The notes beneath the pieces are model-generated. The model saw only the letters and a program-made list of their open reading frames with translations. It ran no database searches and had not been told where the DNA came from. Positions 24,230 to 35,480 of a stretch of DNA of 64,000 nt are shown here, one piece after another (within the stretch, counting starts at the first letter, position 1; each line of letters begins with the position of its first letter). This DNA is from Eledone cirrhosa. Taxonomy: Eukaryota. Location of the stretch: the NCBI GenBank assembly GCA_964016885.1, contig OZ024746.1, forward strand, positions 42,408,001-42,472,000. Direction: 5' to 3'. Made by a program: the position numbers and the translations under genes.

Positions 24230-26129
24230 CTGAAAGTAAAAATTTATATTTACAAGTGTTAAGCATATTTCAGTATACTATTTCCAATGCATTTTTTGTT
24301 AATATGATCTTTATTGCTTTTGTTTATATATATATTCTTTTTCAAATGCAAAGAAGATTTGTTTTTTAAATCAGTCATTCAGATGTGCAAATAGTTAAAA
24401 ATAGAGCAAAGAAAAATTATCAACATATTGATCATTAAGTAAAAGCAAAAACAAAAAAAGAAAGAAAAAAGAAAAACGAAAAATTTTTTGCTTATAATTT
24501 GATATTGCAGTAAAAGTTAGATGGAAGTTTTCATAATAAAAATATTCCTGTTTTGTTTTTTAGTGCAAATTTTAAATGTGAGATAATTTTATTCAAGAAC
24601 TTTCTTTTCTATGACATTCAAAATGACTTGCAATCAATAATCAATCAATATTATTTTTGATGTTCTGCAGCATACTTAAATGATATAGGACCAAACTACT
24701 AGTAACATACAAAGTAAAAATATCTGTCAGTTTAATTAAAACCCTTGAACCCCATATTATAAATGATTGTGAAAACTACATTTCTCCACTAAGTTATTGA
24801 TGAAGCAAAAGTCTGTACTATGCTGTTAGTAACAAAAGTCTATACAATTTCATTTAAGGAAACCTGGGAACTAAAAAGCAAAAACAAATTAGTCAAGGAA
24901 TACTGCGTGAGCACTAAAAGGCAAAATTAAAAATAAAAGGAAAACAGATGATTACAGTATCAATATTATTGAAGTGTTGGGGGAGTTTATATCCTTCAGC
25001 AAAGAAGAGATTGCAAATGTAATTCTCAGTAGTGGTTAACATTTCATACAATGCAAAGTCTCCAATTGTTTGCTTGGGATTGTCTGTACACAACAAGCAG
25101 GATGGATTTGTTTTGTATTGAAAAGAAAGATCAACATTGATTCTAGATAAGGATAAGGCTTTAAAAGGAGGAAATAATACAATAATAGTAAGTTTCCGAA
25201 TGAAATCCAGGAAAAAGTGAGATGGAAAATGCCTAGCTTATACATGGAGAAGTTAATATTTGAAATCATGTTAAGTGTGTTTAGAATTGAGCAAAACGTT
25301 AACAGCAGAGTAAATAAAGAAGTGAAAGCAGGAAGCAGAAAAATTGACAAGAATGGGCAAAGAAAGTAAATGAAACAAAGAATGCAAAAGAAGGTTTAAG
25401 TAGTAGAGATTATAATTCTCATCCTCTAACAATAGCACAATGATCACTTGTCTCTTAACAAGTAGTTAGACAGAGGATTACAGCTAATATTTATTTGCTT
25501 TACCTCAAAATAATCTAGTGAACTATAAGAGAACATTCACTCAAAGAGATAAGGATTTATAACAAAGAATCTACTGCCAATATAACAATATCTAAAGGTA
25601 ATATTATATCTGATAAAAACTAAATGGTGGTAAATTATATTTTGTGAATGGAGCTTACAAGTGGAAGATTTGGGTAAATTATTGAAATAGAATTAGTGTT
25701 GAATTGAAGTTTTGTTTTGTTTTCTCTTGCTTTGATTATATATTTTTGTGTATTAAATTTATAGGGTTCCTGGCAATAATTAATTGATTACATGTATGTA
25801 CTTCTATATGATTTTATATATTTGTTATATAAAAAATTTCCAAATTTAGCATGGTATAGTAGAAGGCTGTTTCCTTAAAATGATTGCAGATTCTATTTTT
25901 ATGAATATAAACAAAAGAAGTGAAGTAATAACTCAGAAATAACTATAAATATTTCTAATGAAGTTAGCAGCAACAAAGGAAATAGTAAGATTAGATATAT
26001 TCAACTGTATAAATGAAAATATAATGAAAATTAACCCTTTAGATACCAAAATGCCTGATAATATCCTTGGTTCTATTATACAAATTGTTCATTTTTCAAT
26101 GTTTATATCTAAAAGAACCTTCCATCATA

Positions 26130-26334
26130 GAAATTATAACATGGAAGAGTAATTTTAGTCATTCAGGAGTAGACTTTACTTTGCATTTATCATTTATTTC
26201 TTAGTGTCAAAATTGTCTTTACATAATCAGTACAATGATCATTTTGACACCAAGAAATAAATCATAAATGTAATGTGAAGTTAACAGTCTTTTGGTGATT
26301 TTCGATGGCTAAAAGTACTTTCATGATGTAATTG
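26130..26334. mobile_element. Fold-back MITE nested in an older TTAA-type MITE that starts at about 26031
   Basis: Imperfect inverted arms (e.g. ATTTATTTCTTAGTGTCAAAAT / ATTTTGACACCAAGAAATAAAT). Flanking direct repeat CCTTCCATCATA at 26118-26129 and 26335-26346. Confidence 0.65.
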
Positions 26335-28458
26335 CCTTCCATCATAATTTTATGTAAAAAAAACCTTGTTCAGCTTTACACCAAACACCAGCTTATTAAT
26401 AACAAAAGTTTGTTAAATCCCTCAAAATTCTTGAATATTTTCAAAATTATTTAAAAATCAAAGGCAATATATTTCATAATATATAAGCATTTGTTAAATG
26501 CCCATTATATAGATGGTAATGTGTACTTGATTTCTACCTGTCTCATTATATAGAATTTGTTTTTTATATCTGTGCATTGCAAGCATTCTTAATTGATGCC
26601 TACGTATTTTGGAAAACAATCACATATAGCCAAGTTGAGAGACAAATATATTGATAGTATACATTGTTTCATTAAATTTTAGAGCTGATCACAAATAGAT
26701 TCATAGCCATAAGATGGAGATGGATGAGCTTTGAAACACTGACCTGAATATATTACATAAGAGTTTAAGTATATGTGTCTATAATTCCCTTCAAATGTAT
26801 CACTAGACACAAATATCATAAAATCATTTCAAATCAATGATTGTTCACATCTAAAAAACCCCCCATAAAACTGGCTTCTTTCTATATTTATGACTCTGTC
26901 ATTATTCAAACTATATCATAAAATTTCATCAGTTTTTCTAAAAGCAGAAACTATTTTGAATTCAAAGTTAAATAATTATATCTGAGACAATGTCCTGCTG
27001 AAGTGTGGAAATGATAAAAGATATAATTTTTCGATTTTGATATAGTTATTGGTAAATATTCATTATTTAGCTTCTCTAATTCTTTTTCTCTTCCCTTCTC
27101 TCTGGGTTTGTAAGTAGCATTCCAATATATAAAACTTGTATTGATTATTTTATTTTAAATTGCAACAATATATTTCCATTATGCAAGTAGTTTTAACAAA
27201 CACTAATGACAGTCTCGACTGCAGATTAATTTTTTTACAGAATTTTGTTTCATCTCAAGTATATAACTGTGTATAAATGGAGTAATTAGCAGATACAAAA
27301 TTTGATTTAAAATTTTTTTTTTTTGTAAAATGGTAAATATATTGTAATGCAAAGTCTTTGAATCTAGTTCCTTTTAGTTAATTCTTTTATCATAATTTTA
27401 GACATTCAGATTGAATCTGTCAGATTAAAGAATCTAAGTGAACAGTGTATGGTGATATTTGAAATTGTTACTGTAGTACAGATTTAAATAAGAGGTATAT
27501 TTCATACATGTTGTTGTTGTTAGGGAAAATTGTTTAGCTCTTGTCAAGCTACAGATGAAATATAGAATGGAATTTTTCTATCATTCAGTCAAAAGGAAAG
27601 GGGGTACCAACGAAAATTTTTGAGATTCTATGACTGGTGGGAGAGAGGGAAATATCCTTGAGAATTTTAGGGCCAATATATTAAGTCAAGCCTAGAAGAA
27701 ATAGAAGACAGAATTTGCAGCTTTTGCAAGCTATTCAGTTAAGCCAACTTGATATGATATTGCTTAAATGATGAAAAATAAAGAGCATTTAATTTTAATA
27801 TTTTTATATTGAGTTTGAGTTAGCTTGGAATCTTTAGAATAAAATTAGATTATAAAAACATAGAATAACTAAAATAGTCATATTATTAGTGAATACTGAT
27901 TAAAAGAATTGAGGAACTAAATAATAAGAAGGGAAAAGCTGTCACAAGTATAGTGATTTAATTGACTTTGACAAAAAGGACAATAATCAACAATGGCCTA
28001 AACATTATTTACCACAGGTGCTACTCAACTGACAGAACCATTTAAGTGAAAAGAACATCAAAAGTTAAATAAGCAAACTGTTACTATAGAACATACTGAC
28101 TAAAAATTGCGATTTTTACAATAATTTAATGGTTTATTGCTCAGTAGTTAACAACAAAAAAGTGGTCTGTTACTCTAGAGGTTCAAGGGAAATCGTACTA
28201 TCTTTAGGGCTTCACCTGTCATAATGAATATTCCATTCTTTGGTGTGATTCAAGTTTCCTTTCTAAAGACCATTTGATTATACAATTGACTTCCTTGCAT
28301 TGTTTCTGATAACCAACAAGATGCAATATTTATGTATGGAGTCCTGTTTTAAGAAACATTTTCTATGGGAATTTACTTACTGAGTGAAAGAATAAAATAG
28401 CAAATCAAATAAAAGCTAATCTATTAAGGGCAAGTTTGATAATTGTAATCAGAATATT

Positions 28459-29621
28459 TTAACCCTTTAGTGTTCAAACCGCCCGAAATTATTTCCCTGG
28501 ATTTGCAGTATTGGTAGAGGGTCGGACACCATGCTTTGTAGCATAGAGTTACCTCCCTTTATGATCTGAGTTCAAATCCCGCTGAGGTTAACTTTACCTT
28601 TCATCCTTACGGGGTCGATAAAATAAAGTACCAGTAATGCACTGGGTAATTTATGGCCTTGTGCCAAAAGTAGAAACAATTATTTCCCCTTCATTTGTTC
28701 AAACCGCCCAATATGGCCCGGAAACACCCACACTAAAAAATCGTTCTAAAAATAAACAAACCATCATCAAAATCTCGACAAATTCGAGACTGCTGCAAGA
28801 TTAGGCCCTTACCGCAAAAATTAACACTTAATATAGTGGAACAACTTAAAACAAGAAGTGTTTTTTTAACTTTGAAGGTTTGACACACGACGACATTCAG
28901 AATAAACAAGAAACAAACAATAATATTTGAAGATTTATCTTCAAACGAATCTGATGTTTATATTTTTGAAATTTCGTTCGACGATGATTGTTGTTTTGAA
29001 AGTGAAAACGGATGTCTCCAGGGCGCCATTGAAAATATTACAGCAACGTAGTTGAAAAATACCACACTAATATATGTTCCCAATTTTATTCAAAATACTG
29101 GTCCACAACACACATTAGCTCCCGATGTTAAAGTACTGGATTATTTCTTTTTGTTTTTACCACAAACTTTCTTCGAAGTTGTGGCAGAAGAGATTAATCG
29201 ATATGCTCAACAACAGATTTCAAATCAAGGAAAATCCGATCACAATTTCCAAAACTGTGGAATTACTGGAACACTGTTTAGTGATCCTTATATATCAAGT
29301 ATTATGCCGATTAAAATTAAACCAGTATTTGCACCTGGTTGATACTTCAAATGCCCCTATTAATTAATTTCACCTGCCCATAAAAGTCAAATTTGACAAA
29401 ATAAATCAGGTAAAATTATATAATTGTAAATTATTGATATTTAAACTTCTACTGACAAAATTTCAAGCCTGCACATAGAAAATTAAGAAAATTACAAATA
29501 AATAAAATTGAGTATGATTAACTGAAAATAAGTGTTTCTACTTTTGGCACAAGGCCAGCAATTACCCATGCGAACAGATAAGCATGACGTTTGAAAATTA
29601 ATGCGAATGCTAAAGGGTTAA
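28459..29621 (+). mobile_element. Non-autonomous piggyBac-like DNA transposon with an N-terminal transposase remnant
   Basis: TTAA-CCCTTTAG ... CTAAAGGG-TTAA ends. The internal frame VLDYFFLFLPQTFFEVVAEEINRYAQQQI resembles the piggyBac/PGBD F.LF...iv.eTN.YA motif, and an acidic segment precedes it. Confidence 0.8.
28498..28682 (+). mobile_element. SINE family A inserted in the piggyBac-like element
   Basis: Consensus match with TSD AATTATTTCCC at 28487-28497 and 28678-28688. Confidence 0.9.
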
Positions 29622-30314
29622 AGATAGATAAGTGAATAATTACATAGAGGTATTTAACATCAGCCAGTAGAGTTATGAGAAATACCACATTATAGTTATC
29701 TTTATACATTCTCGCTTTAAACAAATCCAGTAATTATTTTCTGTCATATGTTTTCTATATGCCAGTTGGCTCACAATCCCTGAAACTTTCTCAGATCAGA
29801 ATATCCACACTTGACATCAGTAAACCCTAGCATAATCAGTTAAAATTCAAAGGCATTTTTTCATACGCTTTCCTTTTGCAATGTAGCTGATAACACTTTA
29901 ACAACAATTATGAACACTAAAACCATAATCACCAATACCATTATTCATTTAAAACATACTTTAAACTAAAGACACCGATTTCTATATTGATAACACAATT
30001 TAAAGGAATCTCTATATGCTTCCCATTTGATTTTTTTAAAAGTATTTAAAATACATCTTACTGATGCACTTTTAGAAACTTGAAAAAAAGATTAACTGTT
30101 AATATTAAGCCACCAAATTGAATTTTGATCTCATAAACTTACAAAGAACTTGTAAGTTAATATGTAATTAATATAATGTATAAATCTAGATTCTATAATA
30201 TTTTATTCACATCTATTTGTCAAACTATATGTATTTTATTCACATCTATATGTTAGAAACTTCTGCAGAATTGCACAACTGTTTAAAGTAGGTGACAGTT
30301 AAAATTGACCAAGA

Positions 30315-30540
30315 TACATAATAATGGGTGAAGAAGTGCCAGGAAATCCCAGTGGAAAGAAGCCACAGTAGAGGTAGACCAAGAAAGACCTGGACAGCAG
30401 TGGGAAGAGCACTGAAGTCAAGTCACTGTGACTCACAGAGGAGATGACATATAAATGTGGTTAGTGGAGAGATAATATGCTGAGAAGAACCTGCCCAACC
30501 CATGCAAGCCTGCAAAAACGGACATAAAAACGATGATGAC
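30315..30540 (+). mobile_element. RTE LINE 3'-end fragment
   Basis: WVKKCQEIPVERSHSRGRPRKTW matches the C-terminus of the LINE at 18200-18400 and carries the same tail. Confidence 0.85.
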
Positions 30541-30919
30541 AGAAGTGTGTTACAAAGATGCTGACAAAGCAGAAATTCATGAACCTTGACTGAATATCTG
30601 ATATGATTACCTCCTAGGCTCTCATTACTTCTGAAAAAAAGAAAATACATTCTATTTTCTCTTAATGTAGAATGATCACTAATTGGAAATCCTTATCAAA
30701 AGAAGTTGTTAATTGTTTTTTTAATTTGCAAGTCGTTGATTTGTTAATAATTTCATAAATGCATCTGGAAACAGCATGGGGGAATGTTGTTTTGATGAAT
30801 CGTTGTTTTGATGTTGAAATTAAATTCAAAGGTTATGCATTAGTGGCAAACCTTACTCTTACTATATCACTTACTAGAAATTATATTTTGAAATATGAAA
30901 ACATAAGTTGATATATTAC

Positions 30920-31042
30920 CTTGACACTTCTGTCCATCCAAATAGTAACCCCTCTGACACCTGCATGTCATTTCTCCTTGTTGGTTGTCACAAACAGCAT
31001 AGGTAGTACATTTTGAAGGATCAGACTCACAGTCAGTAGAAT
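30920..31042 (-). CDS. Coding exon: EGF-like domain
   Basis: ttttcttacacAG acceptor and G/GTAATA donor. 123 nt, phase 1 to 1: DSTDCESDPSKCTTYAVCDNQQGEMTCRCQRGYYLDGQKCQ, spacing C-x6-C-x5-C-x8-C-x-C-x10-C. Confidence 0.92.
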
Positions 31043-32229
31043 CTGTGTAAGAAAAATATAATGAAGGTATTTGAAATATAAATAAAACTACATAAAATAA
31101 TTGATTTAAAAAAAAAGGGTATTTTACGTCTATTTTCCATGCTTGCATGGGTTAGAGAATTTAGATGATTGTATTTCACTTTCATATTCCATTCTGGCAT
31201 AGCTTTTACAGCTGGATGTTCATCTTATTACCAACCACTCCATGGCATGTACCAGTTTCATTTTTTTTCATGGTAGCACCACTACCACCTGACAGAGTGC
31301 ACAGCGTAACATTTCTGATGTACCCACACTATTCTTTAGAATAATTTAAATTCCTCTTAACAAGCCATCCATTCACTTTGAAAGTATATGATAGAGACAA
31401 AATCTAATTTGAGAATTTAGTCCAATACATTTGTTATTTTATAAAATGTAATAGCTATTTTATTCTAACATGAATGAATAGTCTGTTTTTCAAGTCATTA
31501 AATATAAAATTATAAAACAACAACATGATATTAAAGGAATTTAAAGTTGCTCAGTTTTTAAAAAGATATTCGCTATGTAAATTTTACTGATAATAGTAAA
31601 CATTGCAGCACACTGCTTACGTGACTTTCCAGATTATGTCCTGCTAGTTGGTTGGCATTGTGTTTTTATATTGCTATTCAGGCTTTTGTTTAAAATTAAG
31701 ACTGAGGAATATTGATTATATATTACACTCAAAACATAACTAACAGTAATGAAATACATACCTAGCTATCTAGATAAGATATAAACATTACATTTTAAAG
31801 ACACTTTGAAAGCAAATATAAAGTCACAATTTTTTTCTTGAATCTACTATTTAAATGTAATCTGTTATTTACATGTAGTCCATTACATACACACAAACTG
31901 TTTACACTCGAATGTTAAAATCCACATATATTCTCACAAATGTATTTAAGTTCTAAGAGACTGTGATGAGAAGATTACTTGAGTGGTAGGGTTTGACAGA
32001 AGCTGTAATGCCAGGCAAATTTATACTCTCATATAAGATAAAAGCATAGAATATCAAATGTAATGCACATATTTATGAGTATGAGTTTAAATTTCAATTT
32101 GCATCTTGCAAACTGCAAAAAAATAATAAAAACAATAATAATAATAATGATAATAATAATAATAATAATAACAACAACAACAATAAAATTTTCTCATGCC
32201 AGCAGTGGCAGAAAATGCTACAAAAATAA

Positions 32230-32810
32230 AAGCAAAGGAAGCAACCCTTGAGCAGATGAAAATAAAATGGCAAAATAAACTTCTGCATGGCAAGTGTTTG
32301 ACTCAAATCATGCAAGCTGATGTAAACAAGACCCAGATCCATCAGTATGCATTTCATGACTGAAAGTCAGAACAGAAAGTTTTATCCTGGCTGAACAAGA
32401 CCAATGCCTTGACATAAAAAATTATCAGGTAAAAGTATTGTGAAAAAATAATGAGACAAAATGTGTGTTCTGCAATAGAAATACTGAAACAATAGATCAC
32501 CTAATATCTGCCTGCACCACCTTAGCACTGTCTGAATACAAAAATAGACATGACAAAGTGGGGCAGTACATCCAGTGAAAAATATGGAAATTTTATGGAA
32601 ATGAAGAAATGAAAAACTAGTATCAACACCATCCAGGTCTCGTAACTGATATTGGTAACGTTAAAATACTGTGGAGTGTTTCAACACACACTGACAGGAC
32701 AATCAAAGCTTAGAATAGACATCATAATCAAAGAAAAAAAACAACAAAATGTGCTTCATGAAATATCTGGCAGTACCTGCTGATGGCCATGTGCCTTTTA
32801 AGATATTTGA
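32230..32810 (+). mobile_element. Degenerate R4/Dong-like non-LTR retrotransposon C-terminal fragment (restriction-like endonuclease clade)
   Basis: Mixed-frame translation: WQNKLLHGK, ESFILAEQDQCL, KCVFCNRNTETIDHLISAC (CCHC), EYKNRHDKVGQYI, KILW, TDRTIKA..DIII. Confidence 0.75.
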
Positions 32811-34120
32811 TTAGCCTCATTTGCATATGAAGCTGTATAAGCTGGCTCAACCTAAAAGTAGAACTATATATTTTCACGTGTCTCAAATTTCAGCAGTAAA
32901 GCAAGGAGAAGCATTGTCCTCATGAGAACCATTAAGTTCGAAATGCGTAGACAATTTTCCTCCGTGTTTTCAAAATGTTTATTTATTAAACATACCAAAC
33001 ATCTTTAGATATATGAAATTCACATACATGTATGTTGACACTAAATTCTAAATCATGACAGATAAGTTTTTTTTTTAAAGAAAGCGATAAACTCCTTTCT
33101 AAACTATTGATAGCACATGGTCCGCACATAGTAAAAAAAACTATCAACACAGTACAGGCCACTGCCTACATTAAGGAATTCATCTTTGATGGAAAAGAGT
33201 AAAAATAGACCAATAAGTTCTCTGACCTCTGCCGAATCGTTAGCACACATGCTCACATCAAAGGGGTTACTATTTGATTTATTATTATTATTAATTTTAC
33301 CATTATTAAACCTTTATTTTTTTTGTTTAATCATGTCACTTTTATTAATATAATTTTCTATACATGATAGCTAGAAATCATTCGGCTATTCTAAAAAGAA
33401 TATGAGTCTCCTGATTTTTTCATAGCAAGAAATTGTTCTTCTTGCTCCACATAATGATGTAATTATCCTTGCATATATTTCGCCCATCGCAAAAGAATGT
33501 CTTCACATACTGCCATTATGTCTTCCTGTTTTCTTTTGGTCATAACCGTTTTTGAAATATTTACTTCTGCATCTATAAATTTATTTTTTCTCAGAAGAAC
33601 CCATATGAGGTGAATGCAGAAAATTCTTTGCTTAAACTTTAATCTGTACTAATAATATCTATATATCTAGAGAGAGAGAGAGAGGGAGGGAGGGAGAGAG
33701 AGAGAGAGGGAGAGATAGAGAAGTGTGACTGACAGACAGAGTAGGATGGGTGGCATATTTAATTGTTTAAAAATTCTATAATATTGAACAAACTGCCAAT
33801 TATTTACAAAAAATACTTATTAATTAATAAAGCAGCTATTAAAGCTAGTTACAAACTATGTAAGAATCCTATGGTTGCCCTTTATTATTAGAAACATACT
33901 ATGAATAAGGGAGTCGTGGTAGGTGCATTTTACTAGGCAGAGGCTATGTAATAACTATAATAGCTACCTTGTATTACTATGTACAGACAATGCAAGAAGG
34001 CCATGGTAGCCCCCATATATATATGTACACACACACACACAAACACATATATTGTGTGTGTGTATCTGTGCACTTATGTGTGTGTGTACATGTAGATGTA
34101 TATATAGATATATATATGTG

Positions 34121-34174
<54 letters not shown>

Positions 34175-35274
34175 CATAGATACATATAATGTGTGCATAT
34201 ATATATATAGATATATATATGTGTGTGTGCATATAGACATATATATACATATATGTGTGTGTGTGTGCGCATATATACATATATATATATATATACATAT
34301 ATATGTGTGTGTGTGTGTGCATATATATATATATATTCTCCAGCAATTTCAACATAAATTTGATACTTCTCAGTTGCCAACTGGCACATCTTCAGAGTAC
34401 TATTGATTGAAAATACAAAATTAAAATAGTAAGATAAGAAGAAAAGGATATTTCTTTTTTTCTTTTTTTTTTTTAGTGTACAACAATTACACAGTTAATA
34501 GCAGCATAATGTATGCAGACATTGAGTCTATAGCTTTCTTAATCAATATATCTCTAATGTTATGTATATAATAACACTTATCAGCTTTCGGGGAGAAGGC
34601 TAATAGAAATTATTTGTTGGTATTGGTACAAGCCAACCATGTGTTGTTTTTCTTTCAGTTTAATAAGGATTGAGAATCGATCACTAGTTCCAAAATCATA
34701 ATAATAATATTGATTTATTTTCATTGGACAGACATTAGATCAGATTTTTGTTTGTTTTATCGTTTATATGTAGAGTTATAGTCAGCTGCGTTACTGGTAC
34801 AGATTATATAGAATCCTCCGAGTTGATAAAAATGATTATCAAATTTGTATTAAAAAAAAAGTCTAAGGTAATAAACGAAATACCATTAAGCATATAATAT
34901 TACTTCTGTGTCACAGAAAAGGATTAGGAAATATAATTTGGAAGTATTTCCTTAATCACTGAAGACATAAAAAATAAAAAGATTAAAATAAAATAAAAGG
35001 ATTTTGAAAGAAGCTGAAGTATCCTAACTTTGTTGCTTTTTATAAATAAGATGACACAAATAGACAGATAATTTTTTTATTTTTTTGAGTAGGTAGGACA
35101 ATTGTTGTTGGGGTAGGGCAAATCAATTGATGATACAACAGTATGTCCTAAAGTAAATGATCATAATATTAGTCGATCACTATAAATAATAATTGAGAAA
35201 AATTAGATAAAATATCCCTCAAGACAGAAAATAGTGGACAGAGATCTGCACTATTATTTATAGTGATCTTCTTT

Positions 35275-35480
35275 GCTCACATATTCCAGGGAGGATCATG
35301 GGGCCAGAGTCCTGAAACGTGCATTCCAGTGGGTCCTCTCTAAAGCAATTGCTTCCAATTGATCTGGCTGGATCCCCAATTGAGACTAGCCGATATCATA
35401 GATGTTATCCAACCATCTTTCTCGGGGGCTCCCTCTGGGTCTTCTGTCAGTTAGCTTTGCTCAGCAGGTTAATTTTTCTA
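35275..35480 (-). mobile_element. Small RTE 3'-end remnant
   Basis: The minus strand translates RRPRGSPRERWLDNIYDIG*SQLGIQPDQLEAIALERTHW, typical of RTE C-termini. Confidence 0.6.

Noticed and set aside
32815-33660. Possible decayed DNA-transposon sequence
   Set aside because: I could not identify TIRs or a convincing transposase motif by eye.
35281-35311. 31-nt exon candidate (DSGPMILPGI, phase 0 to 1) that would bridge the 37716 segment to the EGF exon
   Set aside because: It lies inside an RTE 3' remnant and has a weak polypyrimidine tract, so it cannot be supported without transcripts.
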